DNA of 56,656 nt from Methanotrichaceae archaeon (GTDB lineage Archaea > Halobacteriota > Methanosarcinia > Methanotrichales > Methanotrichaceae), in assembly GCA_963754945.1 (NCBI GenBank), contig CAVWIG010000038.1, forward strand, positions 1-56,656. Reading direction: 5' to 3'. Shown piece by piece: positions 10,488-20,865 of the stretch (position 1 is the stretch's first letter; each line of letters begins with the position of its first letter). The notes below the pieces were generated by a model that ran no database searches, was not told the DNA's origin, and worked only from the letters and a program-made list of their open reading frames with translations. The position numbers and the translations under genes are program-made.

Positions 10488-12476
10488 ATGAAGGAAAGAG
10501 TTCAATCCTCTGGGCAGGAATGCTGGAATAACATGAAGGAGGGCCCTGTTGAGAATCGAAAGCGGATTTTTGACTATGTTTCAGATAATCCCGGCTCTCA
10601 TCTAAGGAAAATCGCACGGGATCTTGATGTACGTCTCGGTACATTGAGGTACCATTTGGATTATTTGGAGAAAAAGGGATTAATTGTTAGTCAAAAGCAA
10701 AATAATCTAAAAATGTATTTTGTTTCTGGAAAGCTTAACCCACAGGAAAAGACATTGACTCAGTTGCTTCAACAAAAGCACTTTCGCGACATAATCCTCT
10801 TATTAATTGAATCTCCGGATTTGACATTTTCGCAAATAGCTGATAGAGTATCGACGGGTCCTTCGGCTACTTCTAAATATATTAACATCTTGAGAGATAA
10901 AGAAATATTATCTTATAAAAAATTTGGGCGTGAAAAAAAATACCACATAAATGACGAAAAGAGCATTATCGAGCTATTAAAAACGTACAAAAATTTTATG
11001 ACTAATATGAGTTATGAGATTCGCACGCCGATGAATGTGATAATGGGCATGACTAGCCTGCTCCTTGATGAGAATATGACTCCTGAGCAGAAGGATTTCG
11101 TGGAGACTATCAAAATCAGTTCGGATGCCTTAATGGCCATAATAAACGATATCCTCGACTTCTCGAAGATAGATCGGGAGAAAACCGGGCTTGAAATTCA
11201 AACCTTTAACCTCCGCAATTGCATAGAGGAAGCCCTAGAATCCGTCGCAGCAAAGGCTGCCATAAAGAAGCTAGATCTGGCTTATTTAATGGATAAAGTA
11301 TCACCTGATGCAATCATCGGAGATCCACACAGGCTTCGACAAATCCTCGTTGCCCTTCTGGACAATGCTATCAAGGTCACTGAGATGGGTGAGGTAGTCG
11401 TAGCCGTGTCCTCAAGGTATCTTGATCAATTGTACGAGATTCACTTCCAGATTAGGAACACCGGCAGTGGCAATCCTCCGGATAAAATAGATGGACTTTT
11501 CGAAACATCCAGGGTGGTGGATGATTCATCGGCGAAACCTGAAGAAGCTGCCTCTGGCCTACTTCTTTGTAAAAGGTTGGTCGAGCTGATGAGCGGAAGG
11601 ATTTGGGTTGAGAGAATGGCAGGTGAAGGATCGACAGTCCATTTCACGATCCTGACAAAACGCGTTCGAAGCATATCACCCCTGGCAGGAATCCAGTTGC
11701 AGCTCCAAGGAAGGCGAATCCTCATCGCCGAAAGCAATGCAACCATCCGTGGTATCCTTAGCGCTCAAGCCCTGGAATGGGGAATGATACCTATAGCCAC
11801 AGGATCCGGAGATGAAGCTCTGCGATTGGTCCAAGAGGGATCTATGTTCGACATTGCTCTCCTGGATGTGAACATGTCTGCTAGGGCTGGGTTGCCCCTG
11901 GACAGAGTGCTGTGCAAGGCTGATAAGCCTCTTCCTCTGGTGGCGTTGTCATTTGTCGGCCAGCGAGTCAAACAAGGAATGTTTGTCGGCTCCTTGATCA
12001 AGCCTATCAAACAGTCTGATCTTTATAATTGCCTGAGATGTATATTTCCAGGACAATCGATTTCTTCATTCAATCAGAAGCCCGCTAGGGAGAATGCATT
12101 TCTTGACTCCAAACGAGTGCTTCTGGCTGAGGACAATATGTCGAATCAAAAGGTCATTCTTATGATGCTTAAACGGCTGGGATACGAGGTTGACGCAGTT
12201 CCTAACGGAAAAGAGGTTTTAAGCGCCCTGGAGCGCCGCCAATATGATGTAGTTCTAATGGATGTTCGAATGCCCGAGATGGACGGCCTAGAAGCCACTC
12301 GCATAATTCGCGAGCGTTGGGGTAACAAACCGAAGATAATCGCCGTAACTGCCTATGCCCTTCGAGGAGACATGGAGAAATGTCTTGAAGCGGGAATGGA
12401 TTACTACATCAGCAAGCCGATACGGATTGAGGAGCTGGCTCAGGCCCTGAGCAAAATATACGTTGCATCATGTTGA
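10488..12476 (+). CDS. Double wHTH - degenerate HisKA/HATPase - two receiver domains (hybrid pseudokinase regulator)
   Basis: N-terminal RIFDYVSDNPGSHLRKIARDL..YHLDYLEKKGLI; H-box NMSYEIRTPMN; GDPHRLRQIL..NAIK; receiver motifs FDIALLDVNM and VLLAEDN..LMDVRMPEMDG..YISKP. Confidence 0.9.
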   Translation: MKERVQSSGQECWNNMKEGPVENRKRIFDYVSDNPGSHLRKIARDLDVRLGTLRYHLDYLEKKGLIVSQKQNNLKMYFVSGKLNPQEKTLTQLLQQKHFRDIILLLIESPDLTFSQIADRVSTGPSATSKYINILRDKEILSYKKFGREKKYHINDEKSIIELLKTYKNFMTNMSYEIRTPMNVIMGMTSLLLDENMTPEQKDFVETIKISSDALMAIINDILDFSKIDREKTGLEIQTFNLRNCIEEALESVAAKAAIKKLDLAYLMDKVSPDAIIGDPHRLRQILVALLDNAIKVTEMGEVVVAVSSRYLDQLYEIHFQIRNTGSGNPPDKIDGLFETSRVVDDSSAKPEEAASGLLLCKRLVELMSGRIWVERMAGEGSTVHFTILTKRVRSISPLAGIQLQLQGRRILIAESNATIRGILSAQALEWGMIPIATGSGDEALRLVQEGSMFDIALLDVNMSARAGLPLDRVLCKADKPLPLVALSFVGQRVKQGMFVGSLIKPIKQSDLYNCLRCIFPGQSISSFNQKPARENAFLDSKRVLLAEDNMSNQKVILMMLKRLGYEVDAVPNGKEVLSALERRQYDVVLMDVRMPEMDGLEATRIIRERWGNKPKIIAVTAYALRGDMEKCLEAGMDYYISKPIRIEELAQALSKIYVASC

Positions 12477-12690
12477 ATATAATTTAGAGAGATTTATCTG
12501 ATTTCTGTGTGTTGAAACAGATTTTCGCGAAATCAGTGAGTCTTTTCTAATCAATTGAAAAAATCTTCATCTTATCAACTTCATACTCGAATACTTTTAC
12601 CGGTGAACCACGAGAAATAATCTTGGGATTTGAAGGTGCTTTGTTCCTGGTCCAGGGGGTGGAGGATTTCAGGTGTACGTCTTTCCACAC

Positions 12691-13437
12691 TAGTGCACCA
12701 TAACATTAATTTTGCAAATTAATATAATGCCTGTTTAGCTTTAATCTTGCATCATTCTTCGTGAATTTCCATCTTACAGTAGTTTTTTTTGCGTTACGTT
12801 CTTGTGCCCACACCGAAGCCTCTTTGGTTAAAGTATCGATGTCTCCAATCCGACGATCGAGGCATTGCTTCGATAGGGCTGAGAGTTCTATCTCAGCCAT
12901 GTTGAGCCAGCTACCTTTCTTTGGCGTATAATAATATTCGAACTCCTTAGCCAGCTCAAACGCCTCTTCAGGCGCAAAAGCATTATAAAATGAGCCTGAA
13001 GTATGCGTATTGAGATTATCCTGGACCAATCGAATGGATTCTACACCTGGATATTGCTGGGTAAGTTCTTTCATGAAATGGGCGTAGTCCACCCTTGTCC
13101 TGTGCTCCATGACACGAATCATTCTTTTTCCTGCATGAAGATCAAAAGCAATAAGGATGCAACATGTCCCGTTACGGACGTATTCATAATGCACCTTCTT
13201 CGGACTGCCTGGTTTCATGGGTATAGGCACTAAGACATCGCCTATCAGTTGGCATGGCCTCTCGTCGAAACAAACCACAGGATGCCTCGGATCATATGGT
13301 TGCTCGTACAGAGTTAATACATTTTCCATGTTCCAGATATATTCGCTCGTCATGCTCCCTATGCACCATCGCTGTTTGAGCCATGGCTTTATTTCATTTT
13401 TTTTAACGCTCTGCAAACGCTCATTCCTGAGATGAAG
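12691..13437 (-). mobile_element. IS630-family element, 5'-truncated
   Basis: DDE-domain ORF; end at CTAG/TA 12691; only about 15 codons of the upstream ORF (..FISGMSVCRALKKMK*) remain; left limit approximate. Confidence 0.8.
12706..13416 (-). pseudogene. IS630-family transposase, catalytic (orfB) part only
   Basis: KKNEIKPW, VCFDERPCQL, YEYVRNGT, LVQDNLNTH, YTPKKGSWLNMAEIE. Confidence 0.9.
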
Positions 13438-13774
13438 CGACTATGTAGTGAGGCTCGCACTTGAGTGCAAGGTAGTCCACCGTAGGGCTCTCTGCAATCC
13501 TGGGTCTAGGTCTAGCGAAGAGACTGGGGACAATCACATTCAAAGATTGGACTTTAACATGTTAAAGACTTCTGGTGCGTTGCTTTTGAACCGGCTTTCT
13601 CCAGTCCACAGTCCATCTTAATTTGCGGTGCAATTTTTGGTTCAGGGAAATTTATCTCAAGCCCAGGCCCTCGGATTCATTCATTATTCATCTCAACCAG
13701 AAGTTCTGAGTTGAATTCGTCCAAGATAATTCATCTCATACCTAAAAATAGGAGCTGAGGCTACTAAGTTCGTC

Positions 13775-14350
13775 CTAAAAACCAGGCTCGACCCGGAAGT
13801 TTCTTCGGTGTTGCTCCTTCCAGAATCCAAACTCATTTGGGTACAACGATAGCATTTGAATCAGAAACGCGGTGGACCAATTTACCCTCTTGAAACCCCA
13901 GCGAATTAGATCTCTCTCATGGACCCACGGATAGTATATGTAAACAGCCATCAAGTGGTGTACATTCAATTGGTACTTCGCGTCTCCCTTAGCGAGGCTC
14001 TCCCTGAACTTATCGGCGAAGCTAAGATATATTGTCGTTGAAGTCGTTTGACGATACGTAGGCTGCAGTAGCTCGGGAAAAAGAGTTCGAGAGCCGATGT
14101 CCTCAATGATCTGCTGGTTCACATGGCGCTCGTTCAGAATCCCTCTAACATCAATCCCCGCTCCCTTGACGTACTCACTGAACCATTGCGAAACTGGATC
14201 TCTGTTAGCAAGGAATGCCAAAAGCATCGACGAGAACGATATGTCGAAATCTCTTTCGTAATAATGGTTGATTAGCCTGGCTCGAGCTAGCAGGCGCTTC
14301 AATTCCAGCGAACAATTAGATAATCCCGAGGAGATTTCAGCCGGAATCAT
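13775..14350 (-). CDS. Hypothetical protein, possibly a Clp-N-like double helical repeat
   Basis: 191-aa ORF with GTGATG RBS-like motif; two segments resembling Clp-N repeats (LKRLLARA..ISFSSMLLAFL and YLSFADKF..LNVHHLMAV). Confidence 0.65.
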   Translation of the reverse strand: MIPAEISSGLSNCSLELKRLLARARLINHYYERDFDISFSSMLLAFLANRDPVSQWFSEYVKGAGIDVRGILNERHVNQQIIEDIGSRTLFPELLQPTYRQTTSTTIYLSFADKFRESLAKGDAKYQLNVHHLMAVYIYYPWVHERDLIRWGFKRVNWSTAFLIQMLSLYPNEFGFWKEQHRRNFRVEPGF

Positions 14351-14737
14351 TTATCATCACATCACGAGCTTTCTAATATAATTGAAACACTGCGATATGA
14401 AAAAGGTTTCGATAAGCTCCGGGTGTGAGGTCACACAATATTGGTATTGCGTGAAAAATGCGATCGGCTAGGATTGGCTCTACAACCCCAGCTCTAGGGC
14501 TACCTATGATATGCAGGATTCAGCTTTCTCCTTTACACTCGGCCGTAGAGTCGAAGCTCTCGCCCGGCTCTCTGCTAGCTAGATCGATGACTATAGTCTC
14601 TTCTTATTCTCTTCAGCAATGCCAAAAAATATCGGGATTGGAATTATAGTAGCATTGCAGTTTGGTTTTGGGCGTAAGGTCTTTCTCCTTGGCACCCACG
14701 TAGCCCTCCAGCCAGGAAGCCTTTGATCTCCTTTTGC

Positions 14738-14996
14738 TTACCATTTCATTTCAGACCAATAAAGTGTCCGATTAAGCCAGGGCTTCTGGGTTCGGTCCAG
14801 AGATACCACCTGTGATGACCCAGCGATATATGTAAATGTAGACGTAATTGCTCCATTCCCTGCTGTAATACGGTGATACGTGCCATGCCGGAGTGTCGCC
14901 GTAGACCATCTCTTTTGCCATCCAGGATACGAATAGCCAAGATGATTCACACCTAGCCTCCCGTCTTTGGAGGTCATTGCGTATCGTGTACCACAT
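14738..14996 (-). pseudogene. Decayed fragment of a Trp/Tyr-rich secreted-type protein
   Basis: Adjacent frames give LGYSYPGWQKRW and YGDTPAWHVSPYYSREWSNYVYIYI, consistent with a broken beta-rich domain. Confidence 0.35.
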
Positions 14997-15734
14997 TCTT
15001 ATATACGTTGATCGTCGTATAGAATATCAGGGCAAAGGTCGTCCGATCACCTATTTTCCCTCCTACATCACAGAGGCTTTTGCCCTCCCTCCTTATTCAC
15101 TCTTTAGCTTCCACCTGAGGGATTCCGGTCCAGGCTACGAAACAATGGACTAACTATTACTACAATTATTCCTAGTCCGACTATTCCTACTCTATAATCG
15201 CGTCACTGCACTTTAATTAAACTTAAATAGTTTAAAATGCTACTAATTAATCGGGGCCTCCTGAAGTACTCCCTAGAAACCTAGAAGGCACCTTTCATTC
15301 CCTAGCATTGTCCTATATTGCTTTTAGAGATGTCCGTTTCTGCCAGAGGAGCTTCCAAGGACGGACTGTCTTGTCTTAAGCTTCTATAAATGTAATGGTT
15401 ATATAATTATTATAAGCGATATAAACGGGTAAGAACAAGTGAAAATGGCCGGATTCCTATAATAAAGCAGCCGCTGATTATATGCAATTCTATTTTACTT
15501 TTTTCTGGTTTTCGTTCATCACAATTTGGCGATTATATAATCCACTCCCGCCTGAGACAAGCCCTCTGAAGCCATTTTAAGGGGCTTGAGAATTTGATAG
15601 ACTAGATCCATGTGGCCAAAAACTTTCGAGCAAAAAGGTACTAGCAAAAGCAAAATGTAAATGAGGAGAAGCAAACAAAAGGAACGTAGAAAAGTGGTAG
15701 AGCCAGCTCTATGTCTGGCTCACGGTATCGGGGC

Positions 15735-16154
15735 TCAAGCGGTTGTCTTTGTCTTGGCAATGTACTTGATCAGATCCGGGCCAATTTTTGACTTCCTTTG
15801 GATCTGGTTTGCTACATCGTCGGCAGTCGCACCGGAAGCTGCTAGGGTACGAATCTCCTCAATGGTAGCGTCATCGACGGTGTAGTACTCATCCAGGTCC
15901 TTTCTGTGGCCCCACACGTCTCCTTCCAGCAGCTCGATGCCCTGCATGTCCAGGAATACCTGAATGGCATTGGACATAGTCTTCTGATAAGAGTGGGGTA
16001 CCTGAATCGTTCTGAGCCTGGGGCATCTTTGCATCAGGTTGAGGAAGTCAACGTTCGATGCTCTGAAGGCCATATGGACCATCTTTTCGTTGGGATTGAG
16101 ATTGGGTATCTCAATTCTTTGACTGACTACTCTAAGTCTCATATTCTCTGGCAT
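15735..16154 (-). CDS. DUF1699 family protein
   Basis: MRLRVVS..LNPNEKMVHMAFRASN..LLEGDVWGHRKDLDEYY; paralogue at 34872. Confidence 0.9.
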   Translation of the reverse strand: MPENMRLRVVSQRIEIPNLNPNEKMVHMAFRASNVDFLNLMQRCPRLRTIQVPHSYQKTMSNAIQVFLDMQGIELLEGDVWGHRKDLDEYYTVDDATIEEIRTLAASGATADDVANQIQRKSKIGPDLIKYIAKTKTTA

Positions 16155-16790
16155 AACTACTCTTCTTTATATATTTATAGACACTTCCGGTGTACACTTC
16201 TGTACAAATCGCTTCCAGTCGCATATGCGTATAGTGAGTCCTTCGCCCATCATGCCGGTCTTCAGTCGGCAGTGACATGATCGTATTGGAAGCCGTTGCG
16301 AATATTCCAGCGTCGGGCGATGCAGGGGATGGCCGAGAGGACCAATGGCTTTATACAGCGGCGACAATCCTTCATCACGAACAACTTTGCATGTTCAGGA
16401 GCTCCATCGCCTAGCGAGTTTGTGAAGCATATGCAGTAGTAGATCCTGAAGACCCACGCCAGAACCGACCTCACCGTGTTGCAGTTACACCAAGTCTATT
16501 TTAATCTTAATAGAACCTATTACAACCGATCCCGGCGGTCATTGACACAGCGGGGGGGGTGGTCTGGTGGGAAGCTTCGTCCCAACCATCCTGAGCAAGT
16601 ACGACCGCGGGTTGAAGAAATTCTTTTATGCAACAGCGGCGACTCAACAGGAGGATTCCATAATAACACATAACGATGCCCGAAACGATCCGAGTAATAG
16701 TCCGTGACGAAGAGTATTCCAACCAGTCTCTCTAAAAGAGGAACGCAAACGCTTATAACCATTCTCACTAATAAAAGAATGGTGAGTTAG

Positions 16791-17225
16791 TTGCCTAAAA
16801 TTCATAGCACTATTATTCTCGTCCTTGCTGCCTTGGTTCTCTCAATCTCGATTTTTGCTTTGGCTGAAAGTTACACAGTAAAGACTTCCTCGGACAAGTT
16901 CCTAGGCAACTACCTGGTTAACCAGAGTGACTTTACGCTCTATTACTCCCAGAACGATTCAGCGGCCAACGGAGCCAGCACCTGTTATGGCGAATGTGCT
17001 GCCCTATGGACTCCCTTTTATGCATCGAACCTATCTTTGTCTGATAATTTGAGGCAGATCGACTTCGGTGTTATAACTCGGACAGACGGGCGAAAACAGA
17101 CAACCTTCAAGAGCTGGCCATTATACCAATACCACAAGGACATTGGTCCTGGATTTACCAAAGGCAATGGTATTGATGGGATATGGCATGTAATCGATCC
17201 TGATAATCAGCCTCAATTAATCTGA
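16791..17225 (+). CDS. Secreted Y-X4-D repeat protein (Lipoprotein_15/COG4315-like)
   Basis: Signal peptide; FTLYYSQND..STCYGECAALWTPF; ITRTDGRKQTTFKSWPLYQYHKD..GNGIDGIWHVI. Confidence 0.85.
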   Translation: MPKIHSTIILVLAALVLSISIFALAESYTVKTSSDKFLGNYLVNQSDFTLYYSQNDSAANGASTCYGECAALWTPFYASNLSLSDNLRQIDFGVITRTDGRKQTTFKSWPLYQYHKDIGPGFTKGNGIDGIWHVIDPDNQPQLI

Positions 17226-17597
17226 ACTTGGACTGACCTGGGTCGGATCGATGAGTCTGACTATGGTTGAGGGCAAACATAATCACCATTTTGCCCTCCT
17301 CCCTCGCTAGTCTTATCCTCTCGCCTATATGAGTAGCCTGAGTGATGCTGGCTCCATCCGAAGCCTTTGGGAAGAAGATAGCACGCGGATTTTGACTCTA
17401 CTACAAGGCTACGTGGATTCTGGAACTGCGAAAGAGGATCTGTGGACGGAGAGGTTTTGCTCGAGTGAGTAGTTATTGGAAGGACCTTCAGTCCAAGACT
17501 TTAATTAGTTTCTGCCCCATAATTTAGATGTGAACCCTTCCCTTGCCCAATCGAATAACCAGAGAACCATGCGGTGGGAGGATAGAGGTATTTAATC

Positions 17598-18320
17598 ATG
17601 AGAAGAGTTTTTGCAATTACAATAGCCCTTATGTTCGTGGCAATTGTGTTATCGCCGACAATGGGCTACTCAGTCCAGTCAGGTAACCATTCTTATAGCT
17701 TCAAATCTGCAAGGGTTAACTACACGATAGGCATTGAGGCGCCATCACATCAACCTGCTGTAGTGGTCACCAGGGAGCCCAACTCCCTGAAGTACGGAGC
17801 CTTATTCCAGCCCGAAGCAAAGGGAGTTGGAGAGACGGCAAAGAGCAACGTTATCGGCCTATCAACCCCATCTGATGTAGCAATACAGGCACGGACAAAT
17901 ACTCCTGCTGCCCCAAGGGCCGAGCCGAAGTTCTCCATACAGGGCATGGTCTATAGCGACCAAAACGGCAACGGGAAAATGGATTATAATGAGACTGGTC
18001 TAGCAAATTGGGTTGTCAATCTAGAGCAACCCGTGGGGAACGTCGTTTCCAAAGTCGTCACTGATAGAAATGGTGGATATAGCTTCTTTGGTCTGACTCC
18101 CGGAGAGTACGCAGTGGCCGAGGTCTTAGAGATGGGATGGTCATTGACTGCTCCACCGAACGGAAAATATGCAATCAATCTCACCAATAATGCAACCATG
18201 CTGAGTTTCGGCAACGAGATATTGCCCCCATCGATACAGAATGCAACAGCTCCTTCAAACGCAACATCTTCCTCCAATGTTACTTTGGCGGAGAACGCTT
18301 CCTTATCGAAGGTGACTTAA
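17598..18320 (+). CDS. Secreted SdrD B-like domain protein
   Basis: Signal peptide; SIQGMVYSDQNGNGKMDYNETGLANWVVNL..TDRNGGYSFFGLTPGEYAVAE. Confidence 0.85.
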   Translation: MRRVFAITIALMFVAIVLSPTMGYSVQSGNHSYSFKSARVNYTIGIEAPSHQPAVVVTREPNSLKYGALFQPEAKGVGETAKSNVIGLSTPSDVAIQARTNTPAAPRAEPKFSIQGMVYSDQNGNGKMDYNETGLANWVVNLEQPVGNVVSKVVTDRNGGYSFFGLTPGEYAVAEVLEMGWSLTAPPNGKYAINLTNNATMLSFGNEILPPSIQNATAPSNATSSSNVTLAENASLSKVT

Positions 18321-18932
18321 GAGCAGGCACAATTGCCTCTGCTTCAACGATCTCGTCAGAAAAAATAGGACAACTGCCCAAGGAGTGGTAATCAGGTATT
18401 GAAATACATGCAAAATGACGTACATGTAATGATGATCCTTGGTTCACCCTTCGATGCTGTGGGGGCATAAGAATGCTGATAATATATCCCTACTTTAAGA
18501 GCTGAAGAGTTCGATCAGTCGATGCGTGCTTCGTCCCCTCTTCGTCTCTTTACTCCCCAGGTCTTTCAAAGCCCTGGCCCCCAACGAGATGTTTGTCAGG
18601 GCTTCAGCTGAAACCTGAACCTCAGCGGTTTAAGGATTATAACGAGCATAATCTATTGGAGCCTTCGATGATGTTAGCTCCGGTCTTCTGGGAAACTATC
18701 ACATGCGAGTTGCCGATTTGTTTCGAAGGCTCTATAAATCCTTTGCGCCTCTCGAAATCGCTGAATTTAATCCCTTATTCTGCTCTTTCAATCAACAGAA
18801 TTCTCGCAACATCTGCTTTTGGTTTCCTGGTTTTGTCCAAACCTCCATTCTACCCACTTTTGGAGATGGCTACCTTTTCGCCCGTAATGAGACCGAATGA
18901 CAGGGAGCTAACATCTTCGTTAATCCAGACTG

Positions 18933-19313
18933 TTAACTGGAATTACGTGCTAAACCGGGCCAATGAGTGAGTCCAACCTTTGCTACGGTCTTGAAGACTT
19001 TGCTGGCACCTTCGTTTGGGTTGGAATTTAAGAACTTGTTGATGCTCGAAGTATATATATCGCCAGATGACATGCCGTCTGGGTCCTTGCTGAACTCGGC
19101 ATTCTGAAAAATATCGGTACTTAAACCGGAGAGATCAACTGCAAGCGGGTTGATCCAAATGTAATGTGGGTCCATCGGTTTCATCATAGACTCATTAGCA
19201 AGGTGCTCAACACCTTGATCCGTTTCTGCTCCATCTGGCGGTAATTCTGCAATAACAGGTGCTACCAAGGTTATCAGGATGGCTACAATTAGTATATCAG
19301 AAATTTTTTTCAT
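18933..19313 (-). CDS. Secreted hypothetical protein
   Basis: GGAGGTG RBS; signal peptide MKKISDILIVAILITLVAPVIA. Confidence 0.7.
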   Translation of the reverse strand: MKKISDILIVAILITLVAPVIAELPPDGAETDQGVEHLANESMMKPMDPHYIWINPLAVDLSGLSTDIFQNAEFSKDPDGMSSGDIYTSSINKFLNSNPNEGASKVFKTVAKVGLTHWPGLARNSS

Positions 19314-19610
19314 ACAACACCTCCACGATGCACCTTTCGCCTTCTTATTCAGTTATCGACGAAAAGAATGCTAAAGCTTGATCTTAATACATCGGTCCTC
19401 AAACACTCATCGCCGTTTATGTCAACGGCAAATGACGACATGAACTATTAAGCTTATAAACTTTGTGATTGTAATCGGCTGTCTCTATCAATACCTCTCG
19501 TCAGGCGTGATCCGTCTCAGTTCTATCAAATTCATGCCATTCATTTTGGTTTCTCCCTATCTTTTTCGGATATCGCTAATTCGATCGCTAAGGATGTTTT
19601 GCGTTCGTAA

Positions 19611-19714
19611 TGGACCGAGGATTTTCAGCCAATCGCCTCCCTCATCTGCTATGAAGGATGATACCATCCGGAGACGAATTAAGATGCCAAGCGATAAAAT
19701 GAAAGATGGAAATG
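19611..19714 (+). repeat. Dispersed direct repeat, copy 1 (shortest)
   Basis: TGGACCGAG..TTTCAGCC..CGCCTCCCTCATCTGCTATGAA..CCGGAGACGAATT-AAGATGCCAAGCGATAAAATGAAAGATGGAAATG shared with copies at 20373 and 21177. Confidence 0.9.
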
Positions 19715-19731
19715 GAGGCCGAACAATTCAT

Positions 19732-20280
19732 TCAGCCTTGCGCATACTTTGTCCTCACCCTGCGTGGATAATACACAGTGAACATCAAAGCAATTATAAT
19801 TACAAGTGACGATGCTATCTTAAATATAAAATCATGATTGATCGTTTGGTAGATCGCTATTCCAGCATTTGCAAGAAAAGCGATTCCCCAGAAAACGGTC
19901 ATAACCTTGACTGCTCGGATGAATCTCGGATCTTGCCATCGGCTTTCATCGACTTCTTGGCGAGCATATTCCATAACGAAGGGGCGTCCGATTATTATCC
20001 CAATCCATGTAACAGCGGCAAGCGTTACGTAAATCAGAACATTCATCATCTCCAAAATCCACATGTTATTCATAAAAACAACTGTGATCACCAAAAATAT
20101 GAAAAAAGTAAGTGTCGCCCAAGACAAGATTAACCCTGCCCGTAGATCCTTATATCCAAGAATAATGGCTATTGCCAGTGATACAATGATTGCAATCTTC
20201 ACAGTATTCAAAGAGCTGCCAGCAAGCAGCGCAAATACGATCCATGGAGCAAAACCCATCAGCAATTTGATAAAATTCAT
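19732..20280 (-). CDS. Integral membrane protein (about 6 TM), hypothetical
   Basis: MNFIKLLMGFAPWIVFALL..IIGRPFVMEYARQEV..TVFWG; ATG 20280 preferred over the longer ORF start at 20310. Confidence 0.8.
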   Translation of the reverse strand: MNFIKLLMGFAPWIVFALLAGSSLNTVKIAIIVSLAIAIILGYKDLRAGLILSWATLTFFIFLVITVVFMNNMWILEMMNVLIYVTLAAVTWIGIIIGRPFVMEYARQEVDESRWQDPRFIRAVKVMTVFWGIAFLANAGIAIYQTINHDFIFKIASSLVIIIALMFTVYYPRRVRTKYAQG

Positions 20281-20372
20281 AACTTTACATCCAACTCTAA
20301 CGTTCCACACAAGATACTTGAATTTTTCCCAAGGATGAACCGGACTTTACAGTCCCGAATTCATTGATTTTG

Positions 20373-20560
20373 TGGACCGAGTAATTTCAGCCCCCGACCG
20401 CCTCCTCATCTGCCATGAAAGATGATACTAGGCCGGAGACGAATTTAAGATGCCAAGCGATAAAATGAAAAGATGGAAATGATAGCGACAATAAGTGCCG
20501 TGATCCTGGATCAGCAGTAGGATACATGCTGATGATCTCTACGATCCTAGCAGCAATTCC
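20373..20560 (+). repeat. Dispersed direct repeat, copy 2
   Basis: Aligns with copy 1 over about 105 bp and with copy 3 over about 175 bp (..ATAAGTGCCGTGATCCTGGATC.GCAGTAGG.TACA.GCTGATGATCT..). Confidence 0.9.
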
Positions 20561-20569
20561 AAGTCGGGA

Positions 20570-20860
20570 TTAATCATCTCGTTCTATCTCCTCTAAGATC
20601 TCAGCCGCCTTCTGATAGACAAAATTGTGATGATCGACATATAGAAATTGAACTCTATCTCCCCTGATTCGGTAAACCACGACGTAAGGATTTACGTGAG
20701 AGCCACGTGCGTGTTTAAGCCTATGACGTTTTGGAGCGCCGATTGTTGGGTTATCTAGAATCTCGCTGATTTTCTTAAGAAGACGTTCTTCCAGCCCCTT
20801 GTTCTTTCTGGTTAGCTTCAAAAACTGAGTATCGAACTCAGGCGTGGAATCATATTCCAT
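20570..20860 (-). CDS. Type II toxin, RelE/ParE family
   Basis: TPEFDTQFLKL..KKISEILDNPTIGAPKRHRL..VNPYVVVYRI..FLYVDHH. Confidence 0.85.
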   Translation of the reverse strand: MEYDSTPEFDTQFLKLTRKNKGLEERLLKKISEILDNPTIGAPKRHRLKHARGSHVNPYVVVYRIRGDRVQFLYVDHHNFVYQKAAEILEEIERDD

Positions 20861-20865
20861 AGGGC

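Noticed and set aside
13775-13800. att duplicate of the tRNA-Phe 3' end (CTAAAAACCAGGCTCGACCCGG)
   Set aside because: Only loose similarity and it lies inside a coding 3' end; consistent with chance
18637-18840. Minus-strand ORF after a GGAGGT RBS (MDKTRKPKADVARILL..) with an internal TAA
   Set aside because: Short, interrupted and without a recognisable family
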